Positions 13,101-26,700 of a DNA stretch of 64,000 nucleotides are shown one piece after another. This DNA comes from Eledone cirrhosa (Eukaryota): assembly GCA_964016885.1 (NCBI GenBank), contig OZ024744.1, positions 47,368,001-47,432,000 on the forward strand, read 5' to 3'. The notes below the pieces were generated by a model that saw only the letters and a program-made list of their open reading frames with translations, was not told where the DNA came from and did no database searches. The translations under genes and the position numbers were made by a program. Position 1 is the first letter of the stretch. Each line of letters starts with the position of its first letter.

Positions 13101-14740
13101 CTGTGTGCTTTTTGCTGTGTCTTTCACATGTCCACTTTACAGTGTGGGCTGGGTGCTTTTTGCTGTGTCTTTCATATGTCCACTTTACAGTGTGGGCTGG
13201 GTGCTTTTTTCAGTGTCTTTCACATGTCCACTTCACGGTGTGGGCGGGGTAATTTTTGCTGTGTCTTTCACATGTACACTTTACAATGTGGGCTGGGTGC
13301 TTTTTGCTGTATCTTTCAAATGTCCACTTTACAATGTGGGCTGGGTGCTTTTTGCTGTGTCTTTCACATGTCCACTTTACAGTGTGGGCTGGATGCTTCT
13401 TGCAGTGTCTTTAACACGTCCACTTTACATTGTGGGCTGGGTGCTTGTTGCTGTGTCTTTCTCACGTCCACTTTACAGTGTGGGCTGGGTGCTTTTTGCT
13501 GTGTCTTTCACATGTCCACTTTACAGTGTGGGCTGGGTGCTTTTTTCAGTGTCTTTCACATGTCCACTTTACAGTGTGGGCTGGGCGCTTTTTGCAGTGT
13601 CTTTCAAACTTCAACTTTACAGTGTGGGCTGGGTGCTTTTTACTGTGTCTTTCACATGTCCACTTTACAGTGTGGGCTGTGTGCTTGTTGCTGTGTCTTT
13701 CTCACGTCCACTTTACAGTGTGGGCTGGGTGCTTTTTGCTGTGTCTTTCACATGTCCACTTTACAGTGTGGGCTGGGTGCTTTTTTCAGTGTCTTTCACA
13801 CGTCCACTTTACAGTGTGGGCTGGGTGCTTTTTGTTGTATCTTTCTCACGTCCACTTTACAGTGTGGGCTGGGTGCTTTTTGCTGTGTCTTTCACATGTC
13901 CACTTTACAGTGTGGGCTGGGTGCTTTTTGCTGTGTCTTTCACATGTCCACTTTACAGTGTGGGCTGGGTGCTTTTTGCTGTGTCTTTCACATGTCCACT
14001 TCACAGTGTGGGCTGGGTGCTTTTTGCTGTGTCTTTCACATGTCCACTTTACAGTGTGGGCTGGGTGCTTTTTGCTGTGTCTTTCATATGTCCACTTTAC
14101 AGTGTGGGCTGGGTGCTTTTTGCTGTGTCTTTCACATGTCCACTTTACAGTGTGGGCTGGGTGCTTTTTGCTGTGTCTTTCACATGTCCACTTTACAATG
14201 TGGGCTGGGTGCTTTTTGCTGTGTCTTTCACATGTCCACTTTACAATGTGGGCTGGGTGCTTTTTGCTGTGTTTTTCACATGTCCACTTTACAGTGTGGG
14301 CTGGGTGCTTTTCGCTGTGTCTTTCACATGTCCACTTTACAGTGTGGGCTGGGTGCTTTTTGCTGTGTCTTTCACATGTCCACTTTACAGTGTGGGGTGG
14401 GTGCTTTTTGCAGTGTCTTTCACACGTCCACTTTACAGTGTGGGCTGGGTGCTTTTTGCTGTGTCTTTCACATGTCCACTTTACAGTGTGGGCTGTGTGC
14501 TTTTTGCAGTGTCTTTCACACGTCAACTTTACAGTGTGGCCTGGGTGCTTTTTGCTGTGTCTTTCACATGTCTATTTCACAGTGTGGGCTGGGTGCTTTT
14601 TGCTGTGTCTTTCACATGTCCACTTTACAGTGTGGGCTGGGTGCTTTTTGCTGTGTCTTTCATATGTCCACTTTACAGTGTGGGCTGGGTGCTTTTTTCA
14701 GTGTCTTTCACATGTCCACTTCACGGTGTGGGCGGGGTGA
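4200..14740. repeat. Higher-order repeat domain A: nested 9/31/40-mer blocks forming 68-71-mer (3,264-3,408 bp) super-repeats
   Basis: The marker CACGGTGTGGGCGGGGT(G/A)A ends at 4660, 6148, 6580, 7924, 9412, 9844, 11332, 12820, 13252 and 14740 (spacings 1488, 432, 1344, 1488, 432, 1488, 1488, 432, 1488). The rare variant GGGATGTGTG occurs at 4413, 7677 and 11085 (spacings 3264, 3408). Boundaries are approximate. Confidence 0.9.
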
Positions 14741-17700
14741 TTTTTGCTGTGTCTTTCACATGTCCACTTTACAATGTGGGCTGGGTGCTTTTTGCTGTAT
14801 CTTTCAAATGTCCACTTTACAATGTGGGCTGGGTGCTTTTTGCTGTGTCTTTCACATGTCCACTTTACTGTGTGGGCTGGGCGCTTTTTGCAGTGTCTTT
14901 CAAACGTCAACTTTACAGTGTGGGCTGGGTGCTTTTTACTGTGTCTTTCACATGTCCACTTTACAGTGTGGGCTGGGTGCTTTTTGCTGTGTCTTTCACA
15001 TGTCCACTTCACAGTGTGGGCTGGGTGCTTTTTGCTGTGTCTTTCACATGTCCACTTTACAGTGTGGGCTGGGTGCTTTTTGCTGTGTCTTTCACATGTC
15101 CACTTTACAGTGTGGGCTGTGTGCTTTTTGCTGTGTCTTTCACATGTCCACTTTACAGTGTGGGCTGGGTGCTTTTTGCTGTGTCTTTCACATGTCCACT
15201 TTACAGTGTGGGCTGGGTGCTTTTTGCTGTGTCTTTCACATGTCCACTTTACAGTGTGGGCTGGGTCCTTTTTGCTGTGTCTTTCACATGTCCATCTTAC
15301 AATGTGAGCTGGGTGCTTTTTGCTGTGTCTTTCACATGTCCACTTTACAGTGTGGGCTGGGTGCTTGTTGCTGTGTCTTTCTCACGTCCACTTTACAGTG
15401 TGGGCTGGGTGCTTTTTGCTGTGTCTTTCACATGTCCACTTTACAGTGCGGGCTAGGTGCTTTTTTAAGTGTCTTTCACACGTCCACTTTACATTGTGGG
15501 CTGGGTGCTTGTTGCTGTGTCTTTCTCACGTCCACCTTACAGTGTGGGCTGGGTGCTTTTTGCTGTGTCTTTCACATGTCCACGTTACAGTGTGGACTGG
15601 GTGCTTTTTTCAGTGTCTTTCACATGTCCACTTTACAGTGAGGGCTGGGCGCTTTTTGCAGTGTCTTTCAAACGTCAACTTTACAGTGTGGGCTGGGTGC
15701 TTTTTACTGTGTCTTTCACATGTCCACTTTACAGTGTGGGCTGGGTGCTTTTTGCTGTGTCTTTCACATGTCCACTTTTCAGTGTGGGCTGGGTGCTTGT
15801 TGCTGTGTCTTTCTCACGTCCACTTTACAGTGTGGGCTGGGTGCTTTTTGCTGTGTCTTTCACATGTCCACTTTACAGTGTGGGCTAGGTGCTTTTTACA
15901 GTGTCTTTCACACGTCCACTTTACATTGTGGGCTGGGTGCTTGTTGCTGTGTCTTTCTCACGTCCACTTTACAGTGCGGGCTGGGTGCTTTTTGCTGTGT
16001 CTTTCACATGTCCACTTTACAGTGTGGGCTGGGTGCTTTTTTCAGTTTCTTTCACATGTCCACTTTACAGTGTGGGCTGGGCGCTTTTTGCAGTGTCTTT
16101 CAAACGTCAACTTTACAGTGTGGGCTGGGTGCTTTTTACTGTGTCTTTCACATGTCCACTTTACAGTGTGGGCTGTGTGCTTGTTGCTGTGTCTTTCTCC
16201 CGTTCACTTTACAGTGTGGGCTGGGTGCTTGTTGCTGTGTCTTTCACATGTCCACTTTACAGTGTGGGCTGGGTGCTTTTTTCAGTGTCTTTCACACGTC
16301 CACTTTACAGTGTGGGCTGGGTGCTTGTTGCTGTGTCTTTCTCACGTCCACTTTACAGTGTGGGCTGGGTGCTTTTTGCTGTGTCTTTCACATGTCCACT
16401 TTACAGTGTGGGCTGGGTGCTTTTTTCAGTGTCTTTCACATGTCCACTTTACAGTGTGGGCTGGGTACTTTTTGCTGTGTCTTTCACATGTCCACTTTAC
16501 AGTGTGGGCTGGGTGCTTTTTGCTGTGTCTTTCACATGTCCACTTTACAGTGTGGGCTGTGTGCTTTTTGCAGTGTCTTTCACACGTCAACTTTACAGTG
16601 TGGGCTGGGTGCTTTTTGCTGTGTCTTTCACATGTCTATTTCACAGTGTGGGCTGTGTGCTTTTTGCTGTGTCTTTCACATGTCCACTTTACAGTGTGGG
16701 CTGGGTGCTTTTTGCTGTGTCTTTCATATGTCCACTTTACAGTGTGGGCTGGGTGCTTTTTTCAGTGTCTTTCACATGTCCACTTCACGGTGTGGGCGGG
16801 GTAATTTTTGCTGTGTCTTTCACATGTCCACTTTACAATGTGGGCTGGGTGCTTTTTGCTGTATCTTTCAAATGTCCACTTTACAATGTGGGCTGGGTGC
16901 TTTTTGCTGTGTCTTTCACATGTCCACTTTATAGTGTGGGCTGGATGCTTCTTGCAGTGTCTTTAACACGTCCACTTTACATTGTGGGCTGGGTGCTTGT
17001 TGCTGTGTCTTTCTCACGTCCACTTTACAGTGTGGGCTGGGTGCTTTTTGCTGTGTCTTTCACATGTCCACTTTACAGTGTGGGCTGGGTGCTTTTTTCA
17101 GTGTCTTTCACATGTCCACTTTACAGTGTGGGCTGGGCGCTTTTTGCAGTGTCTTTCAAACTTCAACTTTTACAGTGTGGGCTGGGTGCTTTTTACTGTG
17201 TCTTTCACATGTCCACTTTACAGTGTGGGCTGTGTGCTTGTTGCTGTGTCTTTCTCACGTCCACTTTACAGTGTGGGCTGGGTGCTTTTTGCTGTGTCTT
17301 TCACATGTCCACTTTACAGTGTGGGCTGGGTGCTTTTTTCAGTGTCTTTCACACGTCCACTTTACAGTGTGGGCTGGGTGCTTTTTGTTGTATCTTTCTC
17401 ACGTCCACTTTACAGTGTGGGCTGGGTGCTTTTTGCTGTGTCTTTCACATGTCCACTTTACAGTGTGGGCTGGGTGCTTTTTGCTGTGTCTTTCACATGT
17501 CCACTTTACAGTGTGGGCTGGGTGCTTTTTGCTGTGTCTTTCACATGTCCACTTCACAGTGTGGGCTGGGTGCTTTTTGCTGTGTCTTTCACATGTCCAC
17601 TTTACAGTGTGGGCTGGGTGCTTTTTGCTGTGTCTTTCATATGTCCACTTTACAGTGTGGGCTGGGTGCTTTTTGCTGTGTCTTTCACATGTCCACTTTA

Positions 17701-20700
17701 CAGTGTGGGCTGGGTGCTTTTTGCTGTGTCTTTCACATGTCCACTTTACAATGTGGGCTGGGTGCTTTTTGCTGTGTCTTTCACATGTCCACTTTACAGT
17801 GTGGGGTGGGTGCTTTTTGCAGTGTCTTTCACACGTCCACTTTACAGTGTGGGCTGTGTGCTTTTTGCAGTGTCTTTCACACGTCAACTTTACAGTGTGG
17901 CCTGGGTGCTTTTTGCTGTGTCTTTCACATGTCTATTTCACAGTGTGGGCTGGGTGCTTTTTGCTGTGTCTTTCACATGTCCACTTTACAGTGTGGGCTG
18001 GGTGCTTTTTGCTGTGTCTTTCATATGTCCACTTTACAGTGTGGGCTGGGTGCTTTTTTCAGTGTCTTTCACATGTCCACTTCACGGTGTGGGCGGGGTG
18101 ATTTTTGCTGTGTCTTTCACATGTCCACTTTACAATGTGGGCTGGGTGCTTTTTGCTGTATCTTTCAAATGTCCACTTTACAATGTGGGCTGGGTGCTTT
18201 TTGCTGTGTCTTTCACATGTCCACTTTACTGTGTGGGCTGGGCGCTTTTTGCAGTGTCTTTCAAACGTCAACTTTACAGTGTGGGCTGGGTGCTTTTTAC
18301 TGTGTCTTTCACATGTCCACTTTACAGTGTGGGCTGGGTGCTTTTTGCTGTGTCTTTCACATGTCAACTTCACAGTGTGGGCTGGGTGCTTTTTGCTGTG
18401 TCTTTCACATGTCCACTTTACAGTGTGGGCTGGGTGCTTTTTGCTGTGTCTTTCACATGTCCACTTTACAGTGTGGGCTGTGTGCTTTTTGCTGTGTCTT
18501 TCACATGTCCACTTTACAGTGTGGGCTGGGTGCTTTTTGCTGTGTCTTTCACATGTCCACTTTACAGTGTGGGCTGGGTGCTTTTTGCTGTGTCTTTCAC
18601 ATGTCCACTTTACAGTGTGGGCTGGGTCCTTTTTGCTGTGTCTTTCACATGTCCATCTTACAATGTGAGCTGGGTGCTTTTTGCTGTGTCTTTCACATGT
18701 CCACTTTACAGTGTGGGCTGGGTGCTTGTTGCTGTGTCTTTCTCACGTCCACTTTACAGTGTGGGCTGGGTGCTTTTTGCTGTGTCTTTCACATGTCCAC
18801 GTTACAGTGTGGACTGGGTGCTTTTTTCAGTGTCTTTCACATGTCCACTTTACAGTGAGGGCTGGGCGCTTTTTGCAGTGTCTTTCAAACGTCAACTTTA
18901 CAGTGTGGGCTGGGTGCTTTTTACTGTGTCTTTCACATGTCCACTTTACAGTGTGGGCTGGGTGCTTTTTGCTGTGTCTTTCACATGTCCACTTTTCAGT
19001 GTGGGCTGGGTGCTTGTTGCTGTGTCTTTCTCACGTCCACTTTACAGTGTGGGCTGGGTGCTTTTTGCTGTGTCTTTCACATGTCCACTTTACAGTGTGG
19101 GCTAGGTGCTTTTTTCAGTGTCTTTCACACGTCCACTTTACATTGTGGGCTGGGTGCTTGTTGCTGTGTCTTTCTCACGTCCACTTTACAGTGCGGGCTG
19201 GGTGCTTTTTGCTGTGTCTTTCACATGTCCACTTTACAGTGTGGGCTGGGTGCTTTTTTCAGTTTCTTTCACATGTCCACTTTACAGTGTGGGCTGGGCG
19301 CTTTTTGCAGTGTCTTTCAAACGTCAACTTTACAGTGTGGGCTGGGTGCTTTTTACTGTGTCTTTCACATGTCCACTTTACAGTGTGGGCTGTGTGCTTG
19401 TTGCTGTGTCTTTCTCCCGTTCACTTTACAGTGTGGGCTGGGTGCTTGTTGCTGTGTCTTTCACATGTCCACTTTACAGTGTGGGCTGGGTGCTTTTTTC
19501 AGTGTCTTTCACACGTCCACTTTACAGTGTGGGCTGGGTGCTTGTTGCTGTGTCTTTCTCACGTCCACTTTACAGTGTGGGCTGGGTGCTTTTTGCTGTG
19601 TCTTTCACATGTCCACTTTACAGTGTGGGCTGGGTGCTTTTTTCAGTGTCTTTCACATGTCCACTTTACAGTGTGGGCTGGGTGCTTTTTGCTGTGTCTT
19701 TCACATGTCCACTTTACAATGTGGGCTGTGTGCTTTTTGCTGTGTCTTTCACATGTCCACTTTACAATGTGGGCTGGGTGCTTTTTTCTGTGTCTTTCAC
19801 ATGTCCACTTTACAGTGTGGGCTGGGTGCTTTTTGCTGTGTCTTTCACATGTCCACTTCACAGTGTGGGCTGGGTGCTTTTTGCTGTGTCTTTCACATGT
19901 CCACTTTACAGTGTGGGCTGGGTGCTTTTTGCTGTGTCTTTCACATGTCCACTTTACAGTGTGGGCTGTGTGCTTTTTGCTGTGTCTTTCACATGTCCAC
20001 TTTACAGTGTGGGCTGGGTGCTTTTTGCTGTGTCTTTCACATGTCCACTTTACAATGTGGGCTGGGTGCTTTTTGCTGTGTCTTTCACATGTCCACTTTA
20101 CAGTGTGGGCTGGGTGCTTTTTGCTGTGTCTTTCACATGTCCACTTCACAGTGTGGGCTGGGTGCTTTTTGCTGTGTCTTTCACATGTCCACTTTACAGT
20201 GTGAGCTGGGTGCTTTTTGCTGTGTCTTTCATATGTCCACTTTACAGTGTGGGCTGGGTGCTTTTTGCTGTGTCTTTCACATGTCCACTTTACAGTGTGG
20301 GCTGGGTGCTTTTTGCTGTGTCTTTCACATGTCCACTTTACAATGTGGGCTGGGTGCTTTTTGCTGTGTCTTTCACATGTCCACTTTACAATGTGGGCTG
20401 GGTGCTTTTTGCTGTGTTTTTCACATGTCCACTTTACAGTGTGGGCTGGGTGCTTTTCGCTGTGTCTTTCACATGTCCACTTTACAGTGTGGGCTGGGTG
20501 CTTTTTGCTGTGTCTTTCACATGTCCACTTTACAGTGTGGGGTGGGTGCTTTTTGCAGTGTCTTTCACACGTCCACTTTACAGTGTGGGCTGGGTGCTTT
20601 TTGCTGTGTCTTTCACATGTCCACTTTACAGTGTGGGCTGTGTGCTTTTTGCAGTGTCTTTCACACGTCAACTTTACAGTGTGGCCTGGGTGCTTTTTGC

Positions 20701-23700
20701 TGTGTCTTTCACATGTCTATTTCACAGTGTGGGCTGGGTGCTTTTTGCTGTGTCTTTCACATGTCCACTTTACAGTGTGGGCTGGGTGCTTTTTGCTGTG
20801 TCTTTCATATGTCCACTTTACAGTGTGGGCTGGGTGCTTTTTTCAGTGTCTTTCACATGTCCACTTCACGGTGTGGGCGGGGTGATTTTTGCTGTGTCTT
20901 TCACATGTCCACTTTACAATGTGGGCTGGGTGCTTTTTGCTGTATCTTTCAAATGTCCACTTTACAATGTGGGCTGGGTGCTTTTTGCTGTGTCTTTCAC
21001 ATGTCCACTTTACTGTGTGGGCTGGGCGCTTTTTGCAGTGTCTTTCAAACGTCAACTTTACAGTGTGGGCTGGGTGCTTTTTACTGTGTCTTTCACATGT
21101 CCACTTTACAGTGTGGGCTGGGTGCTTTTTGCTGTGTCTTTCACATGTCCACTTCACAGTGTGGGCTGGGTGCTTTTTGCTGTGTCTTTCACATGTCCAC
21201 TTTACAGTGTGGGCTGGGTGCTTTTTGCTGTGTCTTTCACATGTCCACTTTACAGTGTGGGCTGTGTGCTTTTTGCTGTGTCTTTCACATGTCCACTTTA
21301 CAGTGTGGGCTGGGTGCTTTTTGCTGTGTCTTTCACATGTCCACTTTACAGTGTGGGCTGGGTGCTTTTTGCTGTGTCTTTCACATGTCCACTTTACAGT
21401 GTGGGCTGGGTCCTTTTTGCTGTGTCTTTCACATGTCCATCTTACAATGTGAGCTGGGTGCTTTTTGCTGTGTCTTTCACATGTCCACTTTACAGTGTGG
21501 GCTGGGTGCTTGTTGCTGTGTCTTTCTCACGTCCACTTTACAGTGTGGGCTGGGTGCTTTTTGCTGTGTCTTTCACATGTCCACTTTACAGTGCGGGCTA
21601 GGTGCTTTTTTAAGTGTCTTTCACACGTCCACTTTACATTGTGGGCTGGGTGCTTGTTGCTGTGTCTTTCTCACGTCCACCTTACAGTGTGGGCTGGGTG
21701 CTTTTTGCTGTGTCTTTCACATGTCCACGTTACAGTGTGGACTGGGTGCTTTTTTCAGTGTCTTTCACATGTCCACTTTACAGTGAGGGCTGGGCGCTTT
21801 TTGCAGTGTCTTTCAAACGTCAACTTTACAGTGTGGGCTGGGTGCTTTTTACTGTGTCTTTCACATGTCCACTTTACAGTGTGGGCTGGGTGCTTTTTGC
21901 TGTGTCTTTCACATGTCCACTTTTCAGTGTGGGCTGGGTGCTTGTTGCTGTGTCTTTCTCACGTCCACTTTACAGTGTGGGCTGGGTGCTTTTTGCTGTG
22001 TCTTTCACATGTCCACTTTACAGTGTGGGCTAGGTGCTTTTTTCAGTGTCTTTCACACGTCCACTTTACATTGTGGGCTGGGTGCTTGTTGCTGTGTCTT
22101 TCTCACGTCCACTTTACAGTGCGGGCTGGGTGCTTTTTGCTGTGTCTTTCACATGTCCACTTTACAGTGTGGGCTGGGTGCTTTTTTCAGTTTCTTTCAC
22201 ATGTCCACTTTACAGTGTGGGCTGGGCGCTTTTTGCAGTGTCTTTCAAACGTCAACTTTACAGTGTGGGCTGGGTGCTTTTTACTGTGTCTTTCACATGT
22301 CCACTTTACAGTGTGGGCTGTGTGCTTGTTGCTGTGTCTTTCTCCCGTTCACTTTACAGTGTGGGCTGGGTGCTTGTTGCTGTGTCTTTCACATGTCCAC
22401 TTTACAGTGTGGGCTGGGTGCTTTTTTCAGTGTCTTTCACACGTCCACTTTACAGTGTGGGCTGGGTGCTTGTTGCTGTGTCTTTCTCACGTCCACTTTA
22501 CAGTGTGGGCTGGGTGCTTTTTGCTGTGTCTTTCACATGTCCACTTTACAGTGTGGGCTGGGTGCTTTTTTCAGTGTCTTTCACATGTCCACTTTACAGT
22601 GTGGGCTGGGTGCTTTTTGCTGTGTCTTTCACATGTCCACTTTACAATGTGGGCTGTGTGCTTTTTGCTGTGTCTTTCACATGTCCACTTTACAATGTGG
22701 GCTGGGTGCTTTTTGCTGTGTCTTTCACATGTCCACTTTACAGTGTGGGCTGGGTGCTTTTTGCTGTGTCTTTCACATGTCCACTTCACAGTGTGGGCTG
22801 GGTGCTTTTTGCTGTGTCTTTCACATGTCCACTTTACAGTGTGGGCTGGGTGCTTTTTGCTGTGTCTTTCACATGTCCACTTTACAGTGTGGGCTGTGTG
22901 CTTTTTGCTGTGTCTTTCACATGTCCACTTTACAGTGTGGGCTGGGTGCTTTTTGCTGTGTCTTTCACATGTCCACTTTACAATGTGGGCTGGGTGCTTT
23001 TTGCTGTGTCTTTCACATGTCCACTTTACAGTGTGGGCTGGGTGCTTTTTGCTGTGTCTTTCACATGTCCACTTCACAGTGTGGGCTGGGTACTTTTTGC
23101 TGTGTCTTTCACACGTCCACCTTACAGTTTGGGCTGGGTGCTTTTTGCTGTGTCTTTCACATGTCCACTTTACAGTGTGGGCTGGGTGCTTTTTGCTGTG
23201 TCTTTCACATGTCCACTTTACAGTGTGGGCTGGGTGCTTTTTGCTGTGTCTTTCACATGTCCACTTTACAGTGTGGGCTGGGTGCTTTTTGCTGTGTCTT
23301 TCACATGTCCACTTTACAATGTGGGCTGGGTGCTTTTTGCTGTGTCTTTCACATGTCCACTCTATAGTGTGGGCTGGGTGCTTTTTGCAGTGTCTTTCAC
23401 ACGTCCACTTTACAGTGTGTGCTGGGTGCTTATTGCTGTGTCTTTCACATGTCCACTTTACAATGTGGGCTGGGTGCTTTTTGCTGTGTCTTTCACATGT
23501 CCACTTTACAGTGTGGGGTGTGTGCTTCTTGCAGTGTCTTTCACACGTCCACTTTACAGTGTGGGCTGGGTGCTTTTTGCTGTGTCTTTCACATGTCCAC
23601 TTTACAGTGTGGGCTGGGTGCTTTTTGCTGTGTCTTTCACATATCCACTTTACAGTCTGGGCTGGGTGCTTTTTGCTGAGTCTTTCACACGTCCACTTTA

Positions 23701-26700
23701 CAGTGTGGGCTGGGTGCTTTTTGCTGTGTCTTTCACACGTCCACTTTACAGTGTGGGCTGGGTGCTTTTTGCTGTGTCTTTCACATGTCCACTTTACAAT
23801 GTGGGCTGGGTGCTTTTTGCTGTGTCTTTCACATGTCCACTTTACAGTGTGGGCTGGATGCTTCTTGCAGTGTCTTTCACACGTCCACTTTACAGTGTGG
23901 GCTGGGTGCTTTTTGCTGTGTCTTTCACATGTCCACTTTGTAGTGTGGGCTGGGTGCTTTTTGCAGTGTCTTTCACACGTCCACTTTACAGTGTGGGCTG
24001 GGTGCTTTTTGCTGTGTCTTTCACATGTCCACTTTACAGTGTGGGCTGGGTGCTTTTTGCTGTGTCTTTCACATGTCCACTTTACAGTGTGGGCTGGGTG
24101 CTTTTTGCTGTGTCTTTCACATGTCCACTTTACAGTGTGGGCTGGGTGCTTTTTGCTGTGTCTTTCACATGTCCATCTTACAATGTGAGCTGGGTGCTTT
24201 TTGCTGTGTCTTTCACATGTCCACTTTACAGTGTGGGCTGGGTGCTTGTTGCTGTGTCTTTCTCACGTCCACTTTACAGTGTGGGCTGGGTGCTTTTTGC
24301 TGTGTCTTTCACATGTTCACTTTACAGTGCGGGCTAGGTGCTTTTTTAAGTGTCTTTCACACGTCCACTTTACATTGTGGGCTGGGTGCTTGTTGCTGTG
24401 TCTTTCTCACGTCCACCTTACAGTGTGGGCTGGGTGCTTTTTGCTGTGTCTTTCACATGTCCACGTTACAGTGTGGACTGGGTGCTTTTTTCAGTGTCTT
24501 TCACATGTCCACTTTACAGTGAGGGCTGGGCGCTTTTTGCAGTGTCTTTCAAACGTCAACTTTACAGTGTGGGCTGGGTGCTTTTTACTGTGTCTTTCAC
24601 ATGTCCACTTTACAGTGTGGGCTGGGTGCTTTTTGCTGTGTCTTTCACATGTCCACTTTTCAGTGTGGGCTGGGTGCTTGTTACTGTGTCTTTCTCACGT
24701 CTACTTTACAGTGTGGGCTGGGTGCTTTTTGCTGTGTCTTTCACATGTCCACTTTACAGTGTGGGCTAGGTGCTTTTTTCAGTGTCTTTCACACGTCCAC
24801 TTTACATTGTGGGCTGGGTGCTTGTTGCTGTGTCTTTCTCACGTCCACTTTACAGTGCGGGCTGGGTGCTTTTTGCTGTGTCTTTCACATGTCCACTTTA
24901 CAGTGTGGGCTGGGTGCTTTTTTCAGTTTCTTTCACATGTCCACTTTACAGTGTGGGCTGGGCGCTTTTTGCAGTGTCTTTCAAACGTCAACTTTACAGT
25001 GTGGGCTGGGTGCTTTTTACTGTGTCTTTCACATGTCCACTTTACAGTGTGGGCTGTGTGCTTGTTGCTGTGTCTTTCTCCCGTTCACTTTACAGTGTGG
25101 GCTGGGTGCTTGTTGCTGTGTCTTTCACATGTCCACTTTACAGTGTGGGCTGGGTGCTTTTTTCAGTGTCTTTCACACGTCCACTTTACAGTGTGGGCTG
25201 GGTGCTTGTTGCTGTGTCTTTCTCACGTCCACTTTACAGTGTGGGCTGGGTGCTTTTTGCTGTGTCTTTCACATGTCCACTTTACAGTGTGGGCTGGGTG
25301 CTTTTTGCTGTGTCTTTCACATGTTCACTTTACAGTGTGGGCTGGGTGCTTTTTGCTGTGTCTTTCACATGTCCACTTTACAGTGTGGGCTGGGTGCTTT
25401 TTGCTGTGTCTTTCACATGTCCACTTTACAATGTGGGCTGGGTGCTTTTTGCTGTGTCTTTCACATGTCCACTTTACAATGTGGGCTGGGTGCTTTTTGC
25501 AGTGTCTTTCACACGTCCACTTTACAGTGTGTGCTGGGTGCTTATTGCTGTGTCTTTCACATGTCCACTTTACAATGTGGGCTGGGTGCTTTTTGCTGTG
25601 TCTTTCACATGTCCACTTTACAGTGTGGGGTGTGTGCTTCTTGCAGTGTCTTTCACACGTCCACTTTACAGTGTGGGCTGGGTGCTTTTTGCTGTGTCTT
25701 TCACATGTCCACTTTACAGTGTGGGCTGGGTGCTTTTTGCTGTGTCTTTCACATATCCACTTTACAGTGTGGGCTGGGTGCTTTTTGCTGAGTCTTTCAC
25801 ACGTCCACTTTACAGTGTGGGCTGGGTGCTTTTTGCTGTGTCTTTCACACGTCCACTTTACAGTGTGGGCTGGGTGCTTTTTGCTGTGTCTTTCACATGT
25901 CCACTTTACAATGTGGGCTGGGTGCTTTTTGCTGTGTCTTTCACATGTCCACTTTACAGTGTGGGCTGGGTGCTTTTTGCTGTGTCTTTCACATGTCCAT
26001 CTTACAATGTGAGCTGGGTGCTTTTTGCTGTGTCTTTCACATGTCCACTTTACAGTGTGGGCTGGGTGCTTGTTGCTGTGTCTTTCTCACGTCCACTTTA
26101 CAGTGTGGGCTGGGTGCTTTTTGCTGTGTCTTTCACATGTCCACTTTACAGTGCGGGCTAGGTGCTTTTTTAAGTGTCTTTCACACGTCCACTTTACATT
26201 GTGGGCTGGGTGCTTGTTGCTGTGTCTTTCTCACGTCCACCTTACAGTGTGGGCTGGGTGCTTTTTGCTGTGTCTTTCACATGTCCACGTTACAGTGTGG
26301 ACTGGGTGCTTTTTTCAGTGTCTTTCACATGTCCACTTTACAGTGAGGGCTGGGCGCTTTTTGCAGTGTCTTTCAAACGTCAACTTTACAGTGTGGGCTG
26401 GGTGCTTTTTACTGTGTCTTTCACATGTCCACTTTACAGTGTGGGCTGGGTGCTTTTTGCTGTGTCTTTCACATGTCCACTTTTCAGTGTGGGCTGGGTG
26501 CTTGTTGCTGTGTCTTTCTCACGTCCACTTTACAGTGTGGGCTGGGTGCTTTTTGCTGTGTCTTTCACATGTCCACTTTACAGTGTGGGCTAGGTGCTTT
26601 TTTCAGTGTCTTTCACACGTCCACTTTACATTGTGGGCTGGGTGCTTGTTGCTGTGTCTTTCTCACGTCCACTTTACAGTGCGGGCTGGGTGCTTTTTGC

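Noticed and set aside
2256-15641. Giant ORFs (4461 aa, 4011 aa) and all other + strand ORFs as genes
   Set aside because: All three + frames of the 48-bp consensus lack stops. ORFs switch between unrelated 16-aa repeats at each indel, stops and frameshifts are copied by duplications, and there is no non-repetitive domain.
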